A stretch of 58,987 bases of DNA from a bacterium (GTDB taxonomy: Bacteria > Hydrothermota > 32-111): positions 1 to 58,987 of the forward strand of contig JAQVDU010000001.1 of the NCBI GenBank assembly GCA_028698175.1. Direction: 5' to 3'. The position numbers were made by a program, and so were the translations under genes. Numbering within the stretch: the stretch's first letter is position 1; every line of letters starts with the position of its first letter. This document shows positions 6,961 to 15,370 of this stretch, piece by piece. The notes under the pieces were generated by a model. That model was not told where the DNA came from, searched no databases, and worked only from the letters and a program-made list of their open reading frames with translations.

Positions 6961-7077
6961 GAATCATTGGTCAAGAGACACCATAAGCCATGAGCCTTGA
7001 GCAGGGGGCAAAAACAATAACAAATACAGTTAATAGTTGATGGTTGAGAGTTGAAGGCGGGGACGGCACCAGACGAC

Positions 7078-7133
7078 GGGGGCAAAACAAAAACGCTGTG
7101 CGCCTTGAGCCATGAGCTTTGAGCATAGAAAAA
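7078..7133 (+). repeat. Intergenic repeat GGGGGCAAAACAAA(A/G)ACGCTGTG(C/T)GCCTTGAGCCATGAGCTTTGAGCA
   Basis: Differs from 9420-9475 by 2 substitutions and 1 indel. Degenerate TGAGC-containing relatives occur at 5420-5460 and 6984-7005. Confidence 0.85.
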
Positions 7134-7154
7134 CGGAGAAGGTGCCTGAGGGGC

Positions 7155-7183
7155 TTGACAAAAATACTATCATATGATAGTGT
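7155..7183 (+). promoter_or_regulatory. Sigma70-like promoter of the MqsR/MqsA/SecB cassette (TTGACA 7155-7160; candidate extended -10 TGATAGTGT)
   Basis: Same GGGGCTTGACAAAA block as the other two cassettes. The -10 assignment is less certain. Confidence 0.5.
7166..7181. promoter_or_regulatory. Perfect 16-bp palindrome ACTATCATATGATAGT (candidate MqsA operator)
   Basis: The two 8-nt halves are exact reverse complements. It overlaps the -10 region and the ATG at 7174. Confidence 0.55.
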
Positions 7184-7551
7184 TTAACAGGAGTAGAAAA
7201 TTGAAAAAAAAGAAAGAAGAAATAGAGACATTTCTTGAAACTTTTAAAACAATGATGAAAACAATAGGATTCAGATTAATACCGAGAGAGAAAAATCTAC
7301 AATCACTTGCTATTCTGGAAATAAGTCATGATTATGCTAAAAATGAGATAAACAAATTGACATATAAAAATTATGAATCCGGACCGCTTGCAGACCATGA
7401 AAAGAAAAACAAAAATGTGTGGATATTCGGAATAGTCCTTGGGAATAAAGAGGTATATATAAAGTTGAGTGATGATTTTAAACGTGTAGCTAAATGCTTG
7501 TCTTTCCACGAAGCTGAAGAAACACTAAAAAAGCCAATGGGAAAAATTTGA
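7174..7551 (+). CDS. mqsR: MqsR-family toxin
   Basis: ..LTYKNYESGP..VWIFGIVLGNKEVYIKLSDD..AKCLSFHEAE parallels E. coli MqsR ..DFYKSM..IWQDVYRP..VYLKITV..IVSFKEK. In-frame TTG 7201 after AGGAG (7189-7193) is an alternative start. Confidence 0.7.
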   Translation: MIVFNRSRKLKKKKEEIETFLETFKTMMKTIGFRLIPREKNLQSLAILEISHDYAKNEINKLTYKNYESGPLADHEKKNKNVWIFGIVLGNKEVYIKLSDDFKRVAKCLSFHEAEETLKKPMGKI

Positions 7552-7562
7552 CGGAGGTAAAA

Positions 7563-8207
7563 ATGAAAGAATATTGTTTTAAATGTGATGATATGATGGA
7601 TGCAATAGTTAAGAAAAAGAAAGAAGCATTCAAGATTAAGGGGGAACCTATTGAGATATTGAATGAAGTATTGTTTTGCAAAAAATGCAATTCTGAGATG
7701 TCAAATGAAGAATATGATTCGAAGAGTCTTGAAAGGGCATTTGCCGAATATAGAAAAAGACATAACATTCTTTCTCCGAAAGAAATAAAGAGCATAAGGG
7801 AAAAATATAAAATAAGCCAGAAGGATTTCGCTTTGATTCTCGGATTCGGGGAGATAACAATAACGAGATATGAAAACGGGATGATTCCTGATAAGCCGTA
7901 TAGTGAGCTTATTAAAATGATGGAGAATAAAGCTAATTTTCTCAAGGCATTGAAAGAGAGCAGGCTATCCGATAAAGAGAAGAGCAGAATTATTGAAAAG
8001 ATGAGTGTATTTGATGTCAATGATAGCAATGTTAAATCTCTAGAGTCAGTATTTTCAACATTCTTAAAGATAGCCTCGCCTTCAATTCTCATTGAGGAAG
8101 CAAAAGCAAAAAAGAGCAAGTCGAAAGAAGTCAAAATAGAGTGCGATTTGGATAGGTGCGAATATGGCAATTTCGGTGAATTTAACTTGGGAGTAGAAAA
8201 TGGATAG
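7563..8207 (+). CDS. mqsA: MqsA-family antitoxin (zinc ribbon + XRE HTH) with a ~85-aa C-terminal extension
   Basis: CFKCDD...CKKCNS zinc motif. HTH ISQKDFALILGFGEITITRYENG. ATG 7563 follows GGAGG (the track start 7548 is an upstream TTG). Much longer than the 131-aa E. coli MqsA. Confidence 0.75.
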   Translation: MKEYCFKCDDMMDAIVKKKKEAFKIKGEPIEILNEVLFCKKCNSEMSNEEYDSKSLERAFAEYRKRHNILSPKEIKSIREKYKISQKDFALILGFGEITITRYENGMIPDKPYSELIKMMENKANFLKALKESRLSDKEKSRIIEKMSVFDVNDSNVKSLESVFSTFLKIASPSILIEEAKAKKSKSKEVKIECDLDRCEYGNFGEFNLGVENG

Positions 8208-8634
8208 AGAAAGAGAACCCGGAATATTTTTTGAAAAGGTTGTTTTGAAGAAATGTCTCTTTGAAATGCGTTCCGTGAAACAGTCGGAAATTAAAAAGCA
8301 AATGAAAATCGATTTTAAAATCGACAACAGATTGAATGATAAGAAAAACATCCTTTTCACTGATTTTAGTGTTGTCATAGGAAAAGATGACGAAGAGATG
8401 CCTTTCTTATTGGATGTAGTTGTTACAGGAATTTTTAAAAAGGACGATAAAAATGAGAATATGGATCTTGACACTTTCAGTAAAGGCAATGCGGCTGTTA
8501 TTTTGTTTCCATATCTAAGAGAGTTTATTTCAAATATTACCTTAAGAGCAGGATTTTCAAATCCGCTTGTATTGCCTCCCATGAATATCGCAAAGTTAAT
8601 GAAAGAAAAAAGCACCTTAACAACAAAAAAATAA
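8200..8634 (+). CDS. SecB-like chaperone (second copy)
   Basis: NAAVILFPYLREFISNITLRAGFSNPLVLPPMNI matches the SecB C-terminal signature. Overlaps the mqsA stop by 8 nt. Confidence 0.8.
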   Translation: MDREREPGIFFEKVVLKKCLFEMRSVKQSEIKKQMKIDFKIDNRLNDKKNILFTDFSVVIGKDDEEMPFLLDVVVTGIFKKDDKNENMDLDTFSKGNAAVILFPYLREFISNITLRAGFSNPLVLPPMNIAKLMKEKSTLTTKK

Positions 8635-8653
8635 TTTTTAAAGACTTGAATGA

Positions 8654-8700
8654 CCGATGGGACCGATGGGGACGGTGGTTGACATTTGACATTCTTAATT
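8654..8700 (+). repeat. GGGGACGGTG motif copy with a ~10-bp tandem duplication (CCGATGGGAC / CGATGGGGAC), followed by GGTTGACATTTGACATTCTTAATT
   Basis: Read directly, 20 nt after the SecB-like stop. A perfect 8-bp GC hairpin (8715-8722 / 8729-8736) follows. Confidence 0.85.
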
Positions 8701-8842
8701 GAATTGATTCTGCAGGGCGGACACACAGGTCCGCCCCTACGTTGATAGAATCTTCACATGAAAAATATCGCTAGTCAAATAAATGATAGATTCTTCACAC
8801 GAGAACAGCGAATAGAGGCGTTCAGAATGACGGACACGGGGA

Positions 8843-8870
8843 TTGACAAAAGAATTAAATTGAATAAAAT
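8843..8870 (+). promoter_or_regulatory. Sigma70-like promoter of the RHH/RelE cassette (TTGACA 8843-8848, 16-nt spacer, TAAAAT 8865-8870)
   Basis: Same spacing and hexamers as the promoter at 5548-5575. Confidence 0.6.
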
Positions 8871-8895
8871 AGAATAAATATGAACAGGAGGCAAA

Positions 8896-9129
8896 ATGGC
8901 AAAGACGCTTACTTTAAGAGTTGATGAAAAAACCTACGGGATATTCAAAAAAGCAGCCGAAAAAGAGAGGCGGAACATTTCCAATTTCATTGAAAATGCG
9001 ACTTATGAGTACATTGAAAAGGAGATGTATGTTTCGGATGTTGAGATGGAGGAGGTGAAAAAGTCATCCGCAAAGATACGCAAAGCCATAGATGAAGTAA
9101 AAAAAGGAAAATATAAGATTGTTAAATAG
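8896..9129 (+). CDS. Ribbon-helix-helix (CopG/RelB-like) antitoxin
   Basis: N-terminus KTLTLRVDEKTYGIFKKAAEKERRNISNFIENA is a typical RHH. AGGAGG RBS. Overlaps the toxin gene. Confidence 0.7.
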   Translation: MAKTLTLRVDEKTYGIFKKAAEKERRNISNFIENATYEYIEKEMYVSDVEMEEVKKSSAKIRKAIDEVKKGKYKIVK

Positions 9130-9391
9130 TTTTGAAATAGCAGAAACTATTTCCTTTGAGAAGGACAAGCAAAAGGGAAAGTATAAACATCTAAATGAAA
9201 AACTGGAAAGACAGATCTATCCTCAGTTAAGAGAGAATCCTTTTTGGGGCAGAAACATTAAAAAGCTCAAGGGAGAGTTTGAAGGAATTTACAGATACAG
9301 AATCGGAGATTTCAGAATACTTTACTTGATAGACAAGAAACGAGTGATTGTTTTCATGCTGAACATTATTGACAGAAAGGATTCTTACTAG
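9119..9391 (+). CDS. relE: RelE/ParE-family toxin
   Basis: C-terminal ..LKGEFEGIYRYRIGDFRILYLIDKKRVIVFMLNIIDRKDSY is the classical RelE/StbE signature. TTG start overlaps the antitoxin by 11 nt. Confidence 0.75.
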   Translation: MLNSFEIAETISFEKDKQKGKYKHLNEKLERQIYPQLRENPFWGRNIKKLKGEFEGIYRYRIGDFRILYLIDKKRVIVFMLNIIDRKDSY

Positions 9392-9419
9392 AGGCGGAGG
9401 CGAGAATACGCCATGAGCC

Positions 9420-9475
9420 GGGGGCAAAACAAAGACGCTGTGTGCCTTGAGCCATGAGCTTTGAGCAAGAAAAAT
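9420..9475 (+). repeat. Second copy of the GGGGGCAAAAC...GAGCCATGAGCTTTGAGCA repeat, at the end of the cassette array
   Basis: Near-identical to 7078-7133. No promoter block follows it. Confidence 0.85.
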
Positions 9476-9650
9476 ACAAAAACAAAACAAATACAAAAGA
9501 CCGAATAGAAGTATAGAGATTGCTTCTTCGAAGACTCATCGCAATGACCGGAAAAGTTGATAGATTCCTCAGGAAAGAGATAACTGCTGTGTACTTCAGA
9601 ATGACGGGAGAAAGAGCAAAATAATCAATATTCTATCAATAAAAATAGAA

Positions 9651-9681
9651 AGAGAGGGCGGGCGGGGAGCCCGTCCTCTCT
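9651..9681 (-). terminator. Hairpin terminator downstream of the minus-strand LVIVD gene
   Basis: Arms AGAGAGGGCGGG / CCCGTCCTCTCT (1 mismatch), with a T-rich tract on the minus strand. Confidence 0.55.
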
Positions 9682-9714
9682 TGGAGGAGTATGGGAGGTA
9701 AAAGGGATGAATGG

Positions 9715-10947
9715 CTATATAATTACCAGCTTTCCGGTGTAGGTTTTATCACCGAGCTTTGTCTTGACGAAATAGGTTCCCTTTCTTCTCTCTTCGGTCT
9801 CAACCTCTATTCTTCCGCTGCCTTCTTTCACATTGCCTGAGTAGATGACTCCGAGGTTTCTGCCTGAGCAGTCATATAGAGAGACGGATATGTCGGAATT
9901 TCTCTTTGAGGTGTAAGTGATTCTTATCTTCCCTGTAAAGTATTCGACACAGACATTTTCTTCTGAAGGATCTTTCACAAAGTCCTCAGCCATGTCACTG
10001 GGCAGATATGCATCGTCAGAGTATGAAAGGGCGCTTAGACCCCGCGAGTATTCGGTGATAAATATATTCGAGCCGTATCCGAAGACGTCATAGCAGCCGT
10101 AAGTAGCATAACTGCCGGATAACACAGGATAGGCTCTGTCCGTGACATCAATGGCGTGAAGGTAAGTCTCTGCGGCCAGATAGACAAAATTATTTCTATA
10201 ATAGATTTTATACGCCCAACCCGCTGTGTTGAGATACGAAACTATTGTCGGATTGGTCGGATCAGAAATGTTGAAAATCGCTATGCCGTATCCTGTCCTT
10301 GCCGCATAGGCATAATCTCCGCAAACGGCAAGCCCCTGTAAAGATGTTGACGATTCACGCAATGCGACTGAACTTGCTGAATCTCCGTCAGACGAAATTT
10401 TATACACACGGAGTCCTAAATTCGTAGAGATAATCAAGAAACTGTCCATAACCTGTATTTCCCGAGCAGTGTTGGAAATGGCGGAAGTGTTAACGATATG
10501 AGAAGATTCGGGAATTGATACGTCATAGATTGTCAGCCCAATATTATTGAGAGAAAACGCATAACCGTCTTTTACTGCAATATCCTCACCATAGTAAGTT
10601 GTGGTGCTCGGGTCTGTGTAAAGATTTACAAGGTCCGAAGGGTTGGAGATATCGACGATACTGATGCCGTAATATGTTCTTAAATAGAGATAATTTCCGT
10701 CTAAACAACAGCCCCTTATTCCTTCGTTCAGAGTAATCTGGTCTGTATAAGCAGGAGCGTCAATGTCGGCAAGAGTGAGCGAAATGACATCGCCATGGTC
10801 CACTCCCAACGAATAAGCATACCCGTCGGTGGCGATCACTGAAAATGCATCATCCATGCTGTATGTAGAATGTAAAGAAAATGTACCTCCGCTCAACATT
10901 ACGACTGTGAGAAGAACTATCGCTCCCAAAAGTCCCTTGTTTCTCAT
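9715..10947 (-). CDS. Secreted LVIVD-repeat beta-propeller protein with a T9SS C-terminal sorting domain
   Basis: Signal peptide present. Repeats include GISIVDISNPSDL, GLTIYDVSIPES, GIAIFNISDPTNP and LHAIDVTDRAYP. Tail is ..GTYFVKTKLGDKTYTGKLVII. Confidence 0.75.
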   Translation of the reverse strand: MRNKGLLGAIVLLTVVMLSGGTFSLHSTYSMDDAFSVIATDGYAYSLGVDHGDVISLTLADIDAPAYTDQITLNEGIRGCCLDGNYLYLRTYYGISIVDISNPSDLVNLYTDPSTTTYYGEDIAVKDGYAFSLNNIGLTIYDVSIPESSHIVNTSAISNTAREIQVMDSFLIISTNLGLRVYKISSDGDSASSVALRESSTSLQGLAVCGDYAYAARTGYGIAIFNISDPTNPTIVSYLNTAGWAYKIYYRNNFVYLAAETYLHAIDVTDRAYPVLSGSYATYGCYDVFGYGSNIFITEYSRGLSALSYSDDAYLPSDMAEDFVKDPSEENVCVEYFTGKIRITYTSKRNSDISVSLYDCSGRNLGVIYSGNVKEGSGRIEVETEERRKGTYFVKTKLGDKTYTGKLVII

Positions 10948-11229
10948 TTCGTCCTCCTTTTTAAGTTTCCCTCATAAAAAGCCAAAAGCGTGCCAGACGA
11001 TAAATTAATGAATACCGACATTTACACAAGAGAAAGAAAATTTTGAAGGTAATAAAAGCATTACATGTGTCAATTTTCATACACTATGAAATGTCTCGAT
11101 AAAGATACAGTGTAATGATTGAGTGCTAATCCTTTTCAGTTTCACTATACACTAAACTTCAACAGATTAAAGAGTTAGGAATTGCATAATTTTTGCTGTG
11201 AATTACGTCAAAACCAACAGGAGGGAATT

Positions 11230-11721
11230 ATGTTTGAAAAAGAGAATGAAAAAATCGACGAGATACTCGGAGAGATAGACCGGAAAAATGAGGAAAATGA
11301 AGCGAATCTGTTAAAGGAGTCGATGAAAAAGAAGAAGAAAAGAGTTCCTTCCAGGGAGATTACTGCTGTTGTGGCTCTTATGCTCTTCATTATTTCAGTC
11401 TTTTACAATTATGACAGATATTCAAAATCAAACAAACCGCTTGAAATATCGGATGAAGAAAAAATGGAGTCGATAAAAAATTATCTCTACCTTGTCTCTC
11501 AGAAAATAGAAGGATATAAAGAAGAGAACAAGAGACTGCCTCTGACTATGGAGGAGATAATGATTGAGGATTCATTTACAACATACAAGACAATTCAGGA
11601 TACATTATATGAAATCGAATGCAGGTATGAGAATCTCACTCTGAAATATGTCTCGTCCGAAGACCCGGAAGAACTATTGACGGATAAGATGATAAAAACA
11701 TTGAACAGGGAGGAAAAATGA
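11230..11721 (+). CDS. Membrane-anchored hypothetical protein
   Basis: ATG 11230 follows AGGAGGG (the track start 11182 is upstream). One TM helix (ITAVVALMLFIISVF). Overlaps the pilin-like gene. Confidence 0.5.
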   Translation: MFEKENEKIDEILGEIDRKNEENEANLLKESMKKKKKRVPSREITAVVALMLFIISVFYNYDRYSKSNKPLEISDEEKMESIKNYLYLVSQKIEGYKEENKRLPLTMEEIMIEDSFTTYKTIQDTLYEIECRYENLTLKYVSSEDPEELLTDKMIKTLNREEK

Positions 11722-12188
11722 AATCAAAGGGGTTTGTCCTTATTGAAACTTTGATAGTGATGATGATAATAGGAATTCTCATGAGTTTTGCTTTGCCGAA
11801 CTATTTTGAGGCGAAGAAGACTGCTCAGGCGGTGAGGGTGATAGCGGATTTTGAAGCAATAAGAACTGCTGTAATTGCTTATTACGGAGAGAGCGGAGAA
11901 TTCCCGCCTGACGGCTATCCGGGGGGTGTGCCGAAACAATTGAAAAATTATTTGCCTGAGGGAATGAGTTTTGACCTGAGGCCTGAGCTTGATGTGAGAT
12001 ATGACTGGGAAAACTGGCTTGTAAAAGGAAAACCGAAACACCCGAAGACCAACATTCTGTACGGCGTATCCGTTACAACAAAGGATGAAGCTTTGGTGCG
12101 CAAGATAAAGGGTATTTTTCAAAACTCAATTCAATGGTCAATCAATGACAATTATACATTCGTTATAGAGTTCATAGAGAACAAATAA
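11718..12188 (+). CDS. Prepilin-type N-terminal cleavage/methylation domain protein (type IV pilin or pseudopilin-like)
   Basis: MKSKGFVLIETLIVMMIIGIL carries the G/F-x-L-I-E class III signal. Confidence 0.8.
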   Translation: MKSKGFVLIETLIVMMIIGILMSFALPNYFEAKKTAQAVRVIADFEAIRTAVIAYYGESGEFPPDGYPGGVPKQLKNYLPEGMSFDLRPELDVRYDWENWLVKGKPKHPKTNILYGVSVTTKDEALVRKIKGIFQNSIQWSINDNYTFVIEFIENK

Positions 12189-12257
12189 CAGCAGACAAAT
12201 CCCCCTCCGAGGTTAGAGTGCTCTGTTTTTAACGGAAGTACAGGAGGGGGATTTATA

Positions 12258-12285
12258 TTGACTTTTACACATCCTGTGATATTAT
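12258..12285 (+). promoter_or_regulatory. Candidate promoter (TTGACT, 16-nt spacer, TATTAT) for the sensor kinase
   Basis: Hexamers read directly. Preceded by a 12-bp-stem hairpin at 12197-12254. Confidence 0.45.
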
Positions 12286-12303
12286 TCGCTAAAGGAGGCG
12301 AAA

Positions 12304-15183
12304 ATGATTTATGTCCGATTGGTATATAATCTCTCCCTTCTTGTTTCAATAAGCATAGTTTCAAGCTTTCTTAATAATTTTAATTTTGGCGGCAAAACCC
12401 TGAAAAAAGTATTTCAGGGTTTTCTCTTCGGAGGAGTAGCAATAATAGGGATGCTTGACCCGTTTGTCCTATCCCCCGGAGTTGTTTTTGACGGCAGGTC
12501 TGTTGTTTTGAGTCTGGCTTCATTCTTCTTCGGAGCGGCGACTATGGCAATTTCATCGACGATAGCGATCCTTTACAGAATGGTTCAAGGCGGAACAGGA
12601 GCATTGTCAGGCTCATTGGTTATTGTATCATCTTCGCTTATTGGTTTGGCATACGGCAGGTTTGTTAGAAACAAAAAACGAAATCCTCGAGTAAAAGACC
12701 TTCTTATAATGAGCATTCTGGTGCATTCTGCTATGATATTTCTGATGCTCACTCTGCCAAAGGGGATTTCTTCGGAGACTATAAAAAAAATAATTCTTCC
12801 TGTGATGCTTGTTTATCCGTCCGCCGCAGTTCTAATCGGAAAAATATTCATAGACTCGGAAAAAAACATGCAGATGCTGAAGGATCTGAAGAAAAGCGAA
12901 TTTACTCTGCAGAAAATTTTTGACCTGCTTCCAATAGGACTTTGGTTTGCCGACAAAGAAGGCAAACTGTTGAAAATAAACAGCGCAGGCAAAAAAATAT
13001 GGGGTGGAGAGCATCTTGTCGATATGAGCGGTTACGGAATATTCAAGGCAAAAAGGCTTCCTTCGATGGAATCCGTGAAACCTGACGACTGGGCAATGAA
13101 TCATACGATTAAAAGCGGAGTAACCGTTAAGGACGAGCTTTTGGAGATAGAAGCATTCGATAACCAAAAAAGAGTTATTCTGAACTATACGGCTCCGGTT
13201 TTTGATGACGACAAATCTCTTCTTGGAGCTATAGTCGTCAATCAAGATATTACCGACAAAATAATAGCCGATGAGCGAATAAAACAGAATGAACGAATAC
13301 TGCTTGAAACCCAGAAAATATCCAAAATCGGAGGATGGGAGTGGGATGTTGAAAATGACAGAATGTTTTGGACTGAAGAGGTATTCAGAATTCACGGCAT
13401 AAGCGATGATGAAAGAAAAAACAATTCCGAAGACCTTATACGCAAATCCATACAATGCTATCATGAAGAAGACAGAGAGAAAATACTCAATGCATTTAAA
13501 AAATGCGTCAGCGAAGGAATTCCCTATGACATGAGATTCCCATTCACTTCATACGACGGTAAGGAAAAATTCATCCGCACTCTTGCTCATGCCGATATGA
13601 AAGATGGCAAAATAGTGAAAGTAATAGGAAATCTGATGGACATAACCGAGCAGGTTAGGGCGGAGGAGACTCTTGCAAAAGAAAAGGAACTGATGAGGCT
13701 GACGCTTCAGAATATCGGAGAGGGAGTTCTGACAACCGAAATTGACGGAAAGGTAACAGTAATAAACAAAGCGGCAGGAAGACTGCTGGGTATCAAATTG
13801 AAAGATGCAGTGGGAAAAAATATTTCAGAGGTATTCTTTGAAAAATCGGCGGAAGGATACAGAATTCAAAAATCCGCAGTATTTGAAGCCATGAAAGATA
13901 AAAAATGCATAGAATATGCGGAGCCGAGAGTGCTGGTTGCAAAAGACGGAAGGGAATATTTAATAAACCAGAGCTGTGCCCCGATAATAGGCAGGGAGAA
14001 TGAAGTCATCGGAGCAGTACTTGTCTTCAGTGACGTGACGGAGAAGACAAAAATAGCGGAAAACATACAAAGAACAGACAAGCTGACATCACTGGGGACT
14101 CTCGCCGGAGGAATTGCCCATGATTTTAACAATCTTCTCAACGGAATTTACGGGTATATTGAACTCGCAAAGAGAAGCTCTCCGGAGAACGGTCAGACAG
14201 TCAAGCATCTCAAAGACGCATTGGAGACATTCTCAAGGGCAAAGGACCTTACGCGCCAGATTCTGACCTTCAGCAAGGGCGGTGAGCCGGTTAAAATGAG
14301 GGGGTCTGTAGAAAATGCAGTAAGAGAAGCTGTCAAACTCGCTTCAAGCGGAACCGATGCAGTTATAGAGGTAGAGATTCATAGAAACCTCAGCAGTTGT
14401 GATTTTGATGAAATCCAACTGCAACAGGTGCTGAAGAATCTTTTAATTAACGCCATCGAATCAATGAATAAGGAAGGCCGGATAAGAATCACAGCGGCGA
14501 ATGTAAACAGCAGAGACATGCGCTTTGCAAAAGAGAAGAGCGGCGAGTATGTGAAAATCTCTGTAAAAGACAACGGAGAGGGAATTCCGCATTCTGATCT
14601 TCCGCGTATCTTCGATCCTTTTTATACGACAAAGAAGGGCGGGACAGGTCTAGGACTTGCAATGGTTTATTCCATTGTTAAAAAGCATGACGGCTACGTC
14701 GATGTAGAATCAAGGGTCAATGAGGGGTCCGAATTCACGATCTATCTTCCTGTGGCGGCGGCTCAACCAAGCAAAGCCAGACGAGAAGAGAATCCAGGCA
14801 TGGCAAAATCATGCGTGGTGCTCATAATGGACGATGAAAAGACCATTATCAATTCAACCGGACAGCTGTTGAAAGGAATGGGTTTTGAGGTGATAACGTC
14901 AATGAGCGGAGATGAAGCCCTGGAAGAGGCGAAAAAGTATGAACAGATGGGATGCAAAATCAATGCGGCTATACTTGATTTGACAGTGCCGGGCGGAAGG
15001 GGTGGAGCCGACATTATTCAAGAATTAAAGAAAATACTGCCGGAGTGTGCAATAATAGCTTCAAGCGGCTATTCGGAAGACGAAGTCATGGCGCAGCCGA
15101 AAAAATTCGGATTTGAAGATTCAATAGCCAAACCCTACAGAATAAGCCAGCTGATTGAAGTGATTTCACGAAATTTAAAATAA
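12304..15183 (+). CDS. Hybrid sensor histidine kinase/response regulator (LytS-type 5TM input, PAS domains, HisKA, HATPase, REC)
   Basis: GVVFDGRSVVLSLASFFFG 5TMR-LYT-like segment, H-box GGIAHDFNNLL, G-boxes DNGEGI / GGTGLGL, and a C-terminal receiver (VLIMDDE..ILDLTVPG..). Confidence 0.85.
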   Translation: MIYVRLVYNLSLLVSISIVSSFLNNFNFGGKTLKKVFQGFLFGGVAIIGMLDPFVLSPGVVFDGRSVVLSLASFFFGAATMAISSTIAILYRMVQGGTGALSGSLVIVSSSLIGLAYGRFVRNKKRNPRVKDLLIMSILVHSAMIFLMLTLPKGISSETIKKIILPVMLVYPSAAVLIGKIFIDSEKNMQMLKDLKKSEFTLQKIFDLLPIGLWFADKEGKLLKINSAGKKIWGGEHLVDMSGYGIFKAKRLPSMESVKPDDWAMNHTIKSGVTVKDELLEIEAFDNQKRVILNYTAPVFDDDKSLLGAIVVNQDITDKIIADERIKQNERILLETQKISKIGGWEWDVENDRMFWTEEVFRIHGISDDERKNNSEDLIRKSIQCYHEEDREKILNAFKKCVSEGIPYDMRFPFTSYDGKEKFIRTLAHADMKDGKIVKVIGNLMDITEQVRAEETLAKEKELMRLTLQNIGEGVLTTEIDGKVTVINKAAGRLLGIKLKDAVGKNISEVFFEKSAEGYRIQKSAVFEAMKDKKCIEYAEPRVLVAKDGREYLINQSCAPIIGRENEVIGAVLVFSDVTEKTKIAENIQRTDKLTSLGTLAGGIAHDFNNLLNGIYGYIELAKRSSPENGQTVKHLKDALETFSRAKDLTRQILTFSKGGEPVKMRGSVENAVREAVKLASSGTDAVIEVEIHRNLSSCDFDEIQLQQVLKNLLINAIESMNKEGRIRITAANVNSRDMRFAKEKSGEYVKISVKDNGEGIPHSDLPRIFDPFYTTKKGGTGLGLAMVYSIVKKHDGYVDVESRVNEGSEFTIYLPVAAAQPSKARREENPGMAKSCVVLIMDDEKTIINSTGQLLKGMGFEVITSMSGDEALEEAKKYEQMGCKINAAILDLTVPGGRGGADIIQELKKILPECAIIASSGYSEDEVMAQPKKFGFEDSIAKPYRISQLIEVISRNLK

Positions 15184-15259
15184 TCCCCATCTTTCCAAAC
15201 CGTAATGAAAAAGTGTCAACGGATATATATAAATTATACAATAAAAGTACTTATTGAAG

Positions 15260-15287
15260 TTGAAAAAATATAAAAATATGATACAAT
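15260..15287 (+). promoter_or_regulatory. Candidate promoter (TTGAAA, 16-nt spacer, extended -10 TGATACAAT)
   Basis: Hexamers read directly in the AT-rich intergenic region. Confidence 0.45.
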
Positions 15288-15370
15288 ATTAAAATAATGG
15301 GGAATGCCAGAGATAGAATGCATAATGCGAATAATTGAATTAACATTTGTAAAACCAACGGGAGTTACGG

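Noticed and set aside
6864-7085. 73-aa minus-strand ORF (and the 89-aa ORF 9227..9496) inside the spacer repeats
   Set aside because: The translations are products of the degenerate TGAGC-type repeats (..AHGLW.., ..SSWLKAHS..). There are no start signals, and 9227..9496 partly overlaps relE.
7490-8726. Two long minus-strand ORFs (7490..8170, 226 aa; 8082..8726, 214 aa)
   Set aside because: They are antisense to the well-supported MqsA-like and SecB-like genes. They have low-complexity S/L/F-rich translations, no RBS and no domain signal, so they are typical shadow ORFs.
5378-9640. Interpretation of the TA cassette array as a classical integron
   Set aside because: No intI or attI is in the window. 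The spacers lack the R''/L''-L'/R' inverted-repeat attC architecture ending in GTTRRRY. Every cassette has its own strong promoter. The array is kept as an unexplained repeat-spaced array instead.
12197-12254. 12-bp-stem hairpin with a 34-nt loop as a riboswitch or ncRNA
   Set aside because: The loop has no conserved riboswitch-like motifs that I can recognise. It sits between a gene end and the next promoter, so it is more simply a terminator or insulator.
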